Assembly: GCF_018977255.1 (NCBI RefSeq)
Contig: NW_024704743.1
Coordinates: 92,010,001 to 92,074,000, forward strand
Origin: Callorhinchus milii
Taxonomy: Eukaryota
Direction of reading: 5' to 3'
Length of the DNA: 64,000 bases
Position numbers and translations under genes: made by a program
In this document: positions 14,215 to 25,815 of the stretch, in pieces
Numbering within the stretch: position 1 is the first letter of the stretch
Layout of the letters: every line of letters starts with the position of its first letter
The notes under the pieces: generated by a model
Seen by the model: the letters and a program-made list of their open reading frames with translations, nothing else
What the model was told of the DNA's origin: nothing
Database searches by the model: none

Positions 14215-15100
14215 AAGGTCTTGGAGCACTTCACAAAAATGGGGTCAGATGCAGAGCAAAGAAAAAGGAGGTAGGGAGGGGGAAGTGGAGGGTGACCCCA
14301 GATGTGGCCAAAGAATTAGGTTTTCAGAAGGGATTTAAAGACAGAGAGTGAATCTGGGGTTTAGAGGGAGGAGGTTCCCAAGGTTAGGGGTAAAGCAAGC
14401 CTGGGTTAGCTGAGTGGAGGAGACAAGCAGAAGAATGGGATAAAAAAGATAGGTGAGGTGCTGGGGCATGAACTGTATTTATTGATGAGGGTGATAATCT
14501 GGAAGTTGATCCTCTGGGAGACAGGGAGACAGTGGAGCCTGGCGAGAACTGTGGTGATGGATGTACAGAATTTGGTGCAGGTAAGGATGTGGGTGGTGGA
14601 GTTTTGCATCAGCTGTAGCTTACAGATGGAAAACAGATTGAAAGGGCCCAAGAAGGGAATCAAGGGAAAGATGGGAGTGAAATTGAGTGCAAACAATACT
14701 TCCAAGACTTTGGATAGGAAAAGCAGGTGTGAGATGAGCTGGTCATTGGAATGTTTGGAGGGATCAAGGGTCGGTTGTTTAAGTGATGACAGTGGTTTTG
14801 ATGGGGAAGGGAAGTCCTGGAGGAGAGGGAAAGGTTGACTATATTCACCAGCAGGATACGAGGATGGGGTGATTAGGTGGTGAACAATTTGGGGGAGATC
14901 AAGGGAGCAGATCATGTGCATTCTGAGGGTGGCAAGTAACCTGGAAGAAATGGGGGCAAAAGAGTACAGACTTGGGGCAGTGGGAAAAGGCAGAGGTGAG
15001 AGAGGTTTCTAAGATGACCTTGGAGTCAGAGGAGGTTTTATTTTCAAAGAGGGAGAGGTGGTAATTTTGACAGTGGCTGTGACAGACTTAGTGATGAACT
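14215..15100 (-). mobile_element. Decayed L2 LINE (RT to 3' end, with deletions)
   Basis: ORF 14406-14921 contains LKQPTLDPS..ISHLLFLSKVLE and LARLHCLPVSQRINFQI, typical L2 ORF2 segments. Confidence 0.8.
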
Positions 15101-16422
15101 GCAAAGAAATTTTGTGCCTTCTGCGTTTGAGAAAAAAAGAAAAAAAGAATTCAGCCGCCAACATCAAAATATTTCAAAGCGGTTTACAGTAGTAAGCAAA
15201 TGGTTGAGTAATCTGGAGAATTTTGCCCAGAACATTAGGAGAAGGTCTCGCAGCCTGTCTCTTCTCTTTTTGAATAGTGTCATGGAATCTTCAATACCTG
15301 AGAAACGGTTTAACGGTTCACCTGAAAGGTAGACATCCAACTGATTTACGGTAAAGCTCTTTGAGAAGCCCTACCAATATGAAAGGTGTTATACCAAATG
15401 CAAGCATCATGTATTAATTGATTGTTTACAGCACTGAAGTGCCACCGAGGTTATAAAATCAAAGTTCCAATATGGGTCTTAAATCCATCTGACTCCGAGG
15501 TGAGAGTGCTATTAGCTGAGCCAGAGACAGAAGATTTAAGTGCCAAAAACACACCTTTTGAAAACTGCCAAAATTAAAATCAAACTGAGAAATGTTATTA
15601 ACATTTAAATGGCTTTCATGATTGCACCTTTGATATTAATCAACATGTGAATTCAATATTATATATCTAGAAGATATGGTGATCCAGAATTACAGTATTC
15701 ATATTAATATTAAGAAACAGGATAAGACAATTATCTTGACAGCAGATTTTTATCTGCAGCTATAACTAGTGTAGATTTAAGAAATCTTATTTTACAATAT
15801 GCTGTGTTGGCAATATGCACTGTGTAACGTCACAGGAATGCAGTTTTATCCTTCCCAGTGTAACATCTATTTAAGTGATTGCTCGTCAATCACTTGTAAA
15901 TTGAAATAAGTAACAGATGTTTATTTGTTCAAACTCACTATAATACATCATAATTCAGAAGACAAATAACAAACTCCACATAATAATGAGAGAAAATTCA
16001 CAAGATCACCCAGTCATTGACAGATGAAGTGCTGCATTTAGATGAATGGAGAGGTCAAGGTGGTAGACAAGCATATTTCATTCTCTGGCTGTCAGTCTAT
16101 GGTCTACTTATGGACCTCAGTGGTATGAACATAAAGTTGGGTTATTATAAGCTTATACTGTCAAGGTCGGCAGTTGAGAATCATTCCACCAGAAACAAAC
16201 AAATGAAGAGAGAATCTTTCCAAATTGTTTTGTGTCCTTGACTGTCCAGTGCCTTGGGACATCTTCCCAATGTGAAAGGTGTTATATGAATGTAATTTGT
16301 TGTTGTTGTTGTAATTAACACAAATTCTGAATATTTGCTTCATGCTGTACATTACAAAAAAAACAGTAACTACACTTTACAATATGGTAAAACCCTCATA
16401 AGTCTTATCTTAATAAATCATA

Positions 16423-16630
16423 TTGCTGGCGTTGAACTAGTTAAAACTGCACAACTTTCCTGTGGAAGCATTTCTGGGCAAGCTCCCTGCACTGCTTGTC
16501 CGACCAGGACCACCATACCCATTAGGGCTTTGGCTTGAAGGGTTAATGAGTGCTGAGTGGGAAGAATCCCTGCCCCTATTGACCCTCCAAGTCCTGCTGA
16601 TAAAACAGCCTAGCTAATCTGCTATCATTA
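16423..16630 (+). repeat. Unclassified ~450-bp dispersed repeat, 3' half
   Basis: ttagggctttggcttgaagggttaa...gagtgggaagaatccctgcccc shared with 30050-30110. Confidence 0.75.
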
Positions 16631-17001
16631 TTATTTAATTGTTTGGTGTTTAACATAAATCAACCACCAAGGAAAGACAGACCATCCTTCCAATTTACAG
16701 TGAAAGTTTTCTCCCATCTGCTTTTTTTTCAAATTGGCCCCTGCCAAACATTGATTTTTATTTATTTAAAATTATAGTGGCTGGAATGGCTTTTAACTTA
16801 ATTTTTTTGTTCAGTATAGATTTTCTAGCCATGCTCTGCCAAAGAAGCATGAAATCTATGCTCTCTCTGGGACTTCAATAAGATTTTCCCTGTCAGCTGG
16901 CCTGGAGACTCAAATTGATTCATAACTTGGATTCCTGGATTACATGATATTATATTGAATGTTAAAGCATGGAAACAGCCCATTCAGCCCAACTAGTCTA
17001 T

Positions 17002-17190
17002 TTATAAAAGGCAAAGTACTGCAGATGCTGGAAATGTATAAGCACAGAAGTTAATGGGAACACACAGCAAGTCAGGCAGTATCCATGGAGAGGGGAAAAT
17101 TAGTTAACATTTCAAGCCTGACGAAAGGTCATAGACCTGAAACGTTAACTCAATTTCCTCTCTCCATGGATGCTGCCTGACCTACTGCGT
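17002..17190. mobile_element. Foldback (inverted) pair of Penelope-type short repeats carrying a minimal hammerhead motif
   Basis: 17002-17115 is the reverse complement of the family seen at 40092-40230. 17118-17190 is the forward copy starting ctgacgaaaggtcatagacctgaaacgttaact. Confidence 0.7.
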
Positions 17191-17209
17191 AATCTATTTA
17201 TACTCCGTA

Positions 17210-17650
17210 TGAATGCTCACCCCCCCCTAATCCCTTATCCTATACCCCTTTATTCACTTTTTACTCATATATGCATCACATCTAGTGTGATCATACCTAA
17301 GGTTTCTCCTAAACTTCTTCTTAGATGGGTTACTGACTCCCTTATACTTATGCCCCCTCAGTTTGGACTCACCAACAAAGGACAACGGCCTATTAATTCC
17401 ACCTTATCAATTTTTTTTCATAATTAAACTCCTCTATCAAGTCCCCTCTCAATAATTTCATTGGCAAAGAGAAAAGTGTCTAAAGTGTCCAATCTTTCTT
17501 GATAGCTATATTCACTTATCCTTGGAAACATTCTTCTAAATCTGCACTACATTCTCTTCAATGTTACAGTATCTGTCTTGTAATATGGTGGCCAGACCTG
17601 CACACAATACTCAACATGTTTTCTAACCAAACTTTTAGATACATTTAAAT
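17210..17650 (-). mobile_element. Decayed CR1 3' fragment
   Basis: Reverse complement gives motifs resembling LEYCVQ.W.P and LRGDLIE. Confidence 0.65.
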
Positions 17651-17668
17651 TCAGGTCTGTCATTAAAG

Positions 17669-17759
17669 CTAGTAATTCCTGGATGTGATCATAACTAACG
17701 ATTCTTAGATGTGATAATAACTAATAATACCCAAATGTAACTAGAGATTCCTGGGTGTG
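17669..17759. repeat. Degenerate ~26-bp minisatellite, about 3.5 units
   Basis: ctagtaattcctggatgtgatcataa / ctaacgattcttagatgtgataataa / ctaataatacccaaatgtaa / ctagagattcctgggtgtg. Confidence 0.6.
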
Positions 17760-18265
17760 TTGGAGGCTGAGCAATTCCAACCAATCAATCACAAGCTGCT
17801 GCCAAGGGATATGAACCTCATTTAGTAGTGATCTAGCTTCACAGAAGCCAGATGAGTTCCAGTGGGTCAACCTTCAGCAGGTCTAGGTACATGCAGAATA
17901 ATAATAATCATCGCCTTTGATAGCAGCTTTTACGTCAGGAGGACTCAAAACGCTTCACTGTGAAGGGTACTGATTGTATTTTGCAGGAAATGTGGCAACC
18001 AATTTGAACACAGCAATGGCCCACAAACAGCTATGATGTTTGTGAATTCATCAGTTACATATTCCTGTGCAATGTTTGCAAATTCAAACACAATTCTGAG
18101 TAACACTTTACACTTGCAACTCATCTTCCCTTCACAGTTTTGCACCACGCAAGACATTGATGGAAGGAGAACTGATTAGTGAACTGCTGCTGAGCATTTC
18201 TTGGGTGTGTTTTGTGTTTTGTTTCCTTTACTTTAATGGCTATCTTCAAAATAATAAAAATAATG

Positions 18266-18690
18266 AAGCCAGGCTCCACTGGCTCCCAATTACCGAACAG
18301 ATCGATTTCAAGATCCTCTCACTCGTTTTGAAATCGCTTCATGCCTTCACACCTCCCTACCTGCTCACCCTCCACTCCACCACCTGCTGCCTCCGCTCGG
18401 CTGGCTCAGGCCTCCTGTTTGTCCCTTGTCATCTTCTCTCCACCATCGGTGGCCATGCCTTCAGCCACTACACCCCGAAATTCTGGAACTCTCTCCCTCA
18501 ATCCTCCTGCCTTGCCCTCTCCCTACCCACCTTCAAATCCTGCCTAAAAACTTTACTTTTTGATCGTGCTTACAGTCACACCCAACCCCACAACTCTCTC
18601 TGCCCCTCTTGTTGTCAGACTCCATCACTGTCAAGCACTTCAAGACGCTATCCCGGCTGAAGGGTGCTCTATAAGTGCAAGTTGTTGTTG
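18266..18690 (+). mobile_element. 5'-truncated L2 LINE 3' end
   Basis: [20 protein letters not shown]...GGHAFSHYTPKFWNSLP...FKSCLKTLLF, ending in (tgt)n. Confidence 0.9.
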
Positions 18691-18831
18691 TGAGCATTTC
18701 TTGGTGTATTTTGTGTTTTGTTTCCTTTACTTTATTTGTTATTTTCAAAATAATGGCATTTGGGATGATTGTCTGTCCATCATCAACTTGCACAAAATCT
18801 AGGTGAACAGGCAGACAGTACCTTGATTTAA

Positions 18832-19175
18832 TAATAATAATCCTTGCACTTGATATAGCGCCTTATCACGTTGTTGAGACATCTCAAAATGCTTCACAGG
18901 ACAATGGTTTGACTGCGTATATTGTGGGCGAGATATGGTAACCAGTTGTGCACAGCAATGTCCCACAAACAGCCTTGGAATCTTTAATGTCTACCTGAAC
19001 AGATTGACAGTACCTTGGTTTAACGTCTTAACCGAAGGACACCACCTCCGACAATGCAACATACTTTCCAGCACTGTATTGGAGTGTCAGCTTAGACAAT
19101 GTGATTTAGGTGGCTTATACCCACAATCTTCTGACTCAGAGGTGAGAGTGCTACCACTGAACTACACTAACACCT
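18832..19175 (-). mobile_element. Old Deu-domain SINE
   Basis: Tail, Deu core and head (ttctgactcagaggtgagagtgctaccactga) on the minus strand. Confidence 0.75.
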
Positions 19176-20559
19176 CATGACCCCATAGTGTCACTCCACT
19201 GTTGTACAAATGTGTTTCTGAGAAAACATGAGCGTTTGATTAACTAAGGTTTGAGTCAAAAAAGAATTGAAGTTTCGATGAATGATCTAATTGGGCAAAT
19301 TGTGAATGTACATCTTTAATTTCCAGGGTGCAATGCAAAGAGTTTATGATTCTTTTTCTGACTGTGTCTAAGCAATTAATCAAAATGACATTGTCTTGCT
19401 TTCTCCTTTGCTCTATCCCCCACTGTAAAAACGAGAATAAAAAAATTCAGGCTGAGAGCATGGTATCAAAGGGAGATCAAAGAGAATGTGAAATGGAATT
19501 TTCAAAGTCATGCATGTGCTTTACACACGTGCATAAGCAATGCCTTGCTCTTACATACATTCATACACATTAATGGAAATTCACACACCCACAATTTGGA
19601 AATGTGTAATCACATCTACATATACACACATGCTCCTCAAACATGTGTCCTGCATACTAAAAGCATTGAGTTCGCATCAATCTGATTTGCTAATATTTAG
19701 CTTCTAATAGTTGTCATGGGGAGTCTTAAATGGCATGTGTCAAAAAAAGAAATGAGAAGATGAAAAATATTTGCCTTTATTTGACCAAGCTGAAATCTCT
19801 TGTGATTTCAACCCCCCCAATGAAGGTTTGGCTATGCTATTAATCAAAGTAGTTACAATACTGCATTGCGCAGGGGTGGGTAAAAACATTAAACACGTTT
19901 TGTGGTTCCTCAAATTTTCTGGAAAAGCTTTAAATATGAATACTTCTTTTAATTCAATCCATTGCAGATTTCTGCAAATTCAAGTGCTTAAATGTGTTTG
20001 CTCAATGGGCTCCAGTTGACACAGGACTTACTGTGTGTCATTGTGGGATTCCTGCTTCCTGTGTTGCCTCATTTTGTGTATATGTTAATGAGGCACTTTA
20101 GCATGTTTCTGTTCACAGAGAGAGGTTTTTCAAATGTCTAGTTTCTGGTCTGATTTATGCATTGCTTTGACATGCCAAGTGACTATGCAAATATATACAG
20201 CTGCGATTTTGAACATGTTTTGCTGATTTCATAAAAACAAATTGAAATTAGTGGTCCAGGCACCCATGGGTTTCAGAAAGTGAAACATTTCTCAGGATTT
20301 ACACCACATTAATGTCGCTCATTGGTCTGACATTAGCTGTTTTCAGAGGCTTCAATTTAAGAAGCTGTAAGAGTTGAACAAGGATTTGAAATGGCAGGCT
20401 CACATTAACCATACTCTGCTGATGCTAGGAAAGATAAATAAATAACGCTTGCATTTGATATCACGTGCTATCACGTCAAAACATTTTAAAGTGCTTCGCA
20501 CAATGAATTACTTTGCAGCGTAATGCCCATGGTGACGTTAGCAAATGCAGTAGATAATC

Positions 20560-22310
20560 TATCCGTATATACTGTCAGTGATACCAGGACCTACCTTCAC
20601 AAAGATATGTGCAAATTTCCCTATCTGTGTGCATGCAATAACTTGTCAATTCGTGGCTGGTCAGAAGTTTTAGCGAAGGGGGATTGACAGATGGAATCCT
20701 ATTAGGTTATCATTAACCAATAGATCTCAATATCTAAGCAATATTCTTCTCTTTTATCATTCAATAATGAAATTCTTTCTTTGGCATCGCACCAGCATTG
20801 CTGTTGTCTGAAGCTGTGGTTCATGTCTCCTGGGCCTATAATAACTCAAGCCAAATGTAAATGTGGTCCAATACATCACACACTAGAGCTGAAAAAAACA
20901 GTTGAAAAGCATAACCACTGTGTAAGCTCCAGAAAATTGACAGCAATGCATATCCCCTGCATGTCATTCCGACTTGCAAAATTTTGGCAGCAACACAAGA
21001 TCTCCTTGAATGACGAGTACACTGTTGAAGAGAAGGCAGCATTTCCTAGGCTTCAGTAACACAAAATGTAGAATTATCTACTGCAATATTTATCTGAATA
21101 AACATCAATCCAAACTACTGTTAGATATCAAAAAGTTCACCCAGCATTCCGTTTAGATAAAATCTGTTAAGCCAAGTGCTGCGAGTCCAGAATAGGGTTC
21201 TTTCTTAGTTGCTTCAGTTATTCAGGCTTTCGTTCTTCCATCACCATCTGTTGGCGCCGTTCCAGACTGCTTCCCACTTCTCTTTTTTGGCTACTTATAG
21301 TCAGTCGCCTGACTTGCCATTACCTCCCGTATTTACATAACTAATCACTTGTATTTTACCTCGCCTTATTCAGCGGTTTGTCGACCAACCACCTCGTCCT
21401 TCCTAGGGCCCCTCTACCCACTTCTGATACTGTCACGTACTCAGGTTAATCAATCATTTGGCTTGGTGCCAGCCTGACTGAGTCTCCAAGGGGTCTTCCC
21501 TTTTTCCTGTCTAAGATAGGCGATTGATCAGTTTAGGGCTTTATCTGGTGCTTGTTATTTTGTTATGTGGGATCATTAGTACATTCCTTTTAAGTGACTG
21601 GTTATTTCTTATCAGTATCCCGGGATGGCACCAAGGTCCTCTAGTTTAAGCAACTTGCTCATTAGTTGCTATTCTTGAGGGTTGCCTTCTGTCGCTTGGC
21701 ACGCCCTGTCAGAATCTAGCGACATGGCTAAGTCAAGATCCTGTATCGACCGGTACCTTAGACCGTTACCTTTGTGGGCTTGTTGTTACTTACTGATAGG
21801 ATGTGACCCTCTGCTCTTTTTCAAGGCTGTCAGAGAAAACCTGATGTGTTCTATCCCATGACTGTCAGTACTTTCTCCATTCCACATTTGTTTAATATTC
21901 ATTATTATTATACTACAACTTCTATAATCTAACACTATAATCTTAACCAGATCTATTTGAAATCTACCTCACCATTAATACACTTCCATTACTCTAAGGG
22001 AAAAACTTTTTTGACACTTTTTGTCTCACTTGAAGTTTGTTATTATGGCCCATTGATTGCTGGAGCCGAAAAATTCATCATTGTTGAAAATAAGACTATT
22101 ATAATGTGATATCCTTTTTGTAAGGTTTGCTGCCACTGATGCAGTTATTTCTCATTCACTTTGTTTCTAACTTCAAAACCTGATCCTCAACTGTACCAGG
22201 TGTATTATTAGCATCTCACCAATAAATTTAATTACCACGTCTGGCAAACAGACTTAATCCTTGACCCAACGCATATCGACTCAACTATTTGATTGCTTAG
22301 ACTGCATCAA
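20560..22310 (-). pseudogene. Heavily decayed gag-pro-RT-RNase H region of an LTR retroelement or endogenous retrovirus
   Basis: Minus-strand motifs in the expected order: gag-like FARR..IYW.DANNTPGTVEDQVLK (~22251-22171), protease VPVDTGS*LS (DTG near 21747-21739), frameshifted ILQ-VD-IL resembling YVDD (~21088-21069), RNase H-like KLLTSHE...DREI (from ~20670) and LTVYTD (20578-20561). Many stops and frameshifts; identified by motif recall only. Confidence 0.5.
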
Positions 22311-22591
22311 TGCACAAAGACAGTTTGAGATGAGGAAGAACTTCTTCACTCAAAGGGTGGTGAATGTATGGAACTTGCTACCCCAAAGGGCTATTGATGC
22401 TCAGTCCTTGAACACATTCAAGACTGAGATAGATAGATTTCTTATTGCAAAAGGGATTAAGGGATATGGGGATAAGGCAGGGTTAGGTATTAGCTGGAGT
22501 TAGATTAGAAGATCAGCCATGATTGAATGGCGGGGCAGGTTCGGAGGACCGAATGGCCTACTCCTGCTCTTACATGTTATGTTATGTTATG
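22311..22591 (+). mobile_element. CR1 LINE 3' end at the strand-switch point of the retroelement
   Basis: RKNFFTQRVVNVWNLLPQRAIDAQSLNTFKTEIDRFL...KGYG, then 3' UTR and (tgtta)n tail. Confidence 0.9.
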
Positions 22592-22597
22592 AATTGT

Positions 22598-22990
22598 ATT
22601 ATCAAAGATTGCGATAAAAAGAATAGGATTAATACAATGCCTTTGAAATGTACAGGTCTCGGGTTTATATTTAGTAGAGATTATAAAGTCCACTAAGAAA
22701 AAAATCAAATAGCAAAATTAACTATAGAAAAACTAAAAGTACAGAAAATTGAGTCTAATGTTAGGAAATTATTATCAATTTTCTGATGTGCAACACATAA
22801 GACACTCACAAACTACTATAACATCAAATAATGAATTCTTAATATTATAATCTTTTGAAATGATGCACTGTATCTAAATCCCTTATAATTGCTATTGACT
22901 GCAGCAGACTCACCCATTTAAATCATGTTACAATTCAAAGAAGTCACAGATTTGCTTAAGGAAATGGCTCCATAGAAGCAAATTCACACC
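22598..22990 (+). pseudogene. Decayed, internally deleted integrase remnant
   Basis: IIKDCDK...PL...DY.(S/G)PL (22598-22695) resembles the end of the Zn-finger and the first catalytic Asp motif. HPFK...KWLHRSKF.P (22911-22990) resembles the GPY/F-WxH C-terminus. Confidence 0.4.
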
Positions 22991-23099
22991 AAAGAAAAAA
23001 CTTCAACAAGCAGCACAAACTAATTGCAAAATGCTAAGGTTGAAATCAACAATAGTAATGGCTAGATTTAACAAAAAAGTAATTTAACAAACACAATAT

Positions 23100-24490
23100 T
23101 TATTTGAGATCGTAGTGAGTCAAATAACCACTCAACCTTTCAGTATTACGAATAGGCACAGAGGCACTGACGAGTGCTGAAAGGACTGCACGAATGAGAC
23201 TGCGAGTTGAATCAGTGACCGATGAAGAAAGGTTAAGGGAGTAAAGCTCAGTTCCTTGGAGGAAATTGATTTCATTATGGGTTTTACACAACTTTTAAGC
23301 CAATATCCAATGAACTGCTACAGTCTGCAGGCCAGAATAGTAATGCCACTGCACAGACCACAGTCATAGAATCATAGAATTATACAGCACAGAAGAAGGC
23401 CATTTGGCCCATTGTGTCTTTGCCAGACATGTTGGGATGAATCAACATTCATGCAGACCCAACCATTGTTATTTCACACTCATGATTACTTTTTAGTTAT
23501 TGAATAGCTTGAGTTGTCAACTGTGTTTAGTTATCGACTGTTTCGTTGTCAGCTATGTTTTATTGTTGACCAACTTTAGCAATTGAATGTGCTTATTTAT
23601 CATTTGGCTTTAGGTAATGATTGGGTTCAGTTATCGACCATCCTCAATGGTGTGATAATTGTCACCAGTGATAATTAACACTTCACAGGTCACTCTTGGT
23701 GACAAGATAGGCTGGTGATGAAACAAGTACTTTGCAAGGATCCAAATAACAAAGTCAAGCAAGTTGAATGTCCTTTTTCTCAATTCTACCTTGTTAATTA
23801 ATATCCATTGATACATCTCTACACCAAGAGAATCCAAAGGACTAGGTCTAGAGAGCAGAGATGCCATTCACAACCACTGTTATGTAGCAATAAAGAAATC
23901 TGAGATGTTTGTGGAACTATCTAACTATGATTGTAAAGAATCTTCAGTTCCTTTATAAACAAATTTAAAGTTTCATGTTTCTTTTGCAGCTAGAACCATC
24001 TACCTTTCTTTTGAGAGGGAAGAAAGCCAACCTCTACAAAATGTTTGTTCCTAGACCTGCTGGTATTGAGCCATGCTCTACATAAGGATGATACATACGT
24101 GCCAAAGTACATTGGCTGAGCTTCACTGAGTTTAATATCATGAAACAGACGTTTATCATTAAAAATGGTTACTTAAAGGTTCATCGAATGCTGTTAATGG
24201 CCCATTATTGAGCAGAGGTCAAATCAAGTTGCATTCTGTCTTTATATTAGAGGAGATGAATGAATGGTCCTGGCAGAACCGTCACCATGAGATGATCTTG
24301 TTATCCAGGCTCCAAGGAACGAATGGTAAAGCTCAGGGCACAAAACTCATCGAAAAACAATTTGACACAGTAAGGGAGCAGTCAGGCTAATATTCTAAAA
24401 GGATACAATCAAATTGTCTTAAAGCCTGCTTCATCCAAATTTATTTTGATCTTGTGATCTCTGCATATCGAAACAGCAATGCATTTTTAT
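23100..24490 (+). pseudogene. Decayed envelope gene of F-fusion-protein type (lokiretrovirus/errantivirus-like env)
   Basis: Cleavage/fusion-peptide-like GSKAQFLGG/IDFIMGF (23237-23290), LSTILNG/LSPVII (23631-23676), KLNVLFLNSTLLINIH (23761-23808), YVAIKKSEMFVELSNYDCKE (23881-23940), QPLQNVCS, QGTKLIE (24334-24354). Colinear with my recollection of such env proteins. Interrupted by a CR1 tail at 23364-23427. Confidence 0.5.
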
Positions 24491-24497
24491 TTTCGGC

Positions 24498-24625
24498 AGT
24501 TCTGACAAAAGGTCATCGACCTGAAACGTTATCTCACTTTCTTCTCTCCATAGATGTTGTGTGTATCCAGCGACTTCTGCTTTTACTTCAGATTTCCGGT
24601 ATCTGCAATAATTTGTCTTTTGTTA
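24498..24625 (+). mobile_element. Penelope-type short repeat with mutated hammerhead motif
   Basis: agttctgacaaaaggtcatcgacctgaaacgttatctc...agatttccggtatctgc. Confidence 0.7.
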
Positions 24626-25478
24626 CATTTTATATTGGTGGACAACGGTTTCCCAATATAACTTTTCACAAAAGTAGTTATTAAAATTGGGCACACTACT
24701 CCCCATGGTCTGACACACTAACTGAAAAGAAAATGAAATAAAATCACTTTCATGAACCGCATTGGCTGGGAACTTATCCTATTAGATGTACTAAGGGACT
24801 GCTCCACGTTTAGACCTTTTCAAATAAATTAATTAAGTTCCCACTTAATTGATTTGAAATCTATATCCCTCATGAGCCATTGCTCTGTACTGCTGAAGTT
24901 CTCTTTTGTGGTTTCAATCATAAAATAAAATGTTCCATCTAGTGGTATCTCTCAATTGCACTGCAAAGTCAACAATTCCCCTACCGTTTCACAGAAAGGT
25001 CCCTAAACTAGAATTAATTTTGAATCTTAAAAGATTGATTTCCAGATTGAGGATAAACAACAGGTAAAAGCATTAAAGGATGGAATCAGACAGGGGAGCT
25101 TGCACCATCACATCTTTCTCACACACAAGCTTGCTCTCTCAGTCATTCAAAAATATTTTATGCCCACACCTTATCTGAAAGTCTATATCATCCATACACT
25201 GTGCATAATCACATTTTACTTATTTCAAGTGTGTCCTGATTCAATGTCCTGATCTAACTGACACCATCTCTGATAATATGGCATGCCACTAGTACTGCAT
25301 TGTAACATTGTTTGGTTTTGAGCTGAAGCATGGTGCTTGAACCCATAAAACTTCTGAGTCAGAAATAGTGCACAAATAGTGCAAGTTCTTTTTTTGCATT
25401 TGTCAAGCTCAGCATTACATAGCGATGGGCACTCATCCAAATCATTTAATCTGAAGGGCATATGATTATAAAATGGCC

Positions 25479-25815
25479 ATTAATAATAATAATAATAATA
25501 AACCTTGTATTTGATATAGTGCTTTATTTATCATGTTTTTAAGACATCTCAAAGCGCTTCACAGAATATATTGTAAGGTGAATTGACTGTATGTTTTGTG
25601 GGCGAAAGGCAGCAGCGAATTATGCACAGCAGTGTCCCACAAACAGTTGTGGATTGAGTGACCTAATCATTATTATTACTACTTTTGAAGGGATTGTTAC
25701 CCCGGAAAAGCAATCCACCAATCGACTAAAAAACGGATTCCTACTTAATGCTAGTTAAACAGAGGCGTGTGGAATAAGGAAAATTGCCCAATATTTCGCC
25801 CTTACTGGGAAACAA
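25479..25815 (-). mobile_element. tRNA-Ala SINE, long variant (5'-truncated)
   Basis: Contains the extra block (reverse complement cctctgtttaactagcattaagtagga...) also seen in 49722-50100. Confidence 0.8.

Noticed and set aside
21730..21861. GPCR-like words CIDRYL and CDPLLFF on the plus strand
   Set aside because: Spacing is wrong for a 7TM receptor, the frame has many stops upstream, and the same bases encode the DTG motif on the opposite strand.
23135..23156. Circovirus-like nonamer CAGTATTAC in a weak stem-loop
   Set aside because: The stem is short and imperfect, and there are no Rep or Cap motifs nearby.
23167..23200. Hammerhead-like ctgacga-gtgc...gcac-gaat
   Set aside because: GAAT instead of GAAA, and no compatible stems I or III.
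23100..23370. Frame with three in-frame TGA codons (recoding or selenocysteine idea)
   Set aside because: Bounded by TAA/TAG with no upstream start or SECIS evidence; better explained as decay.
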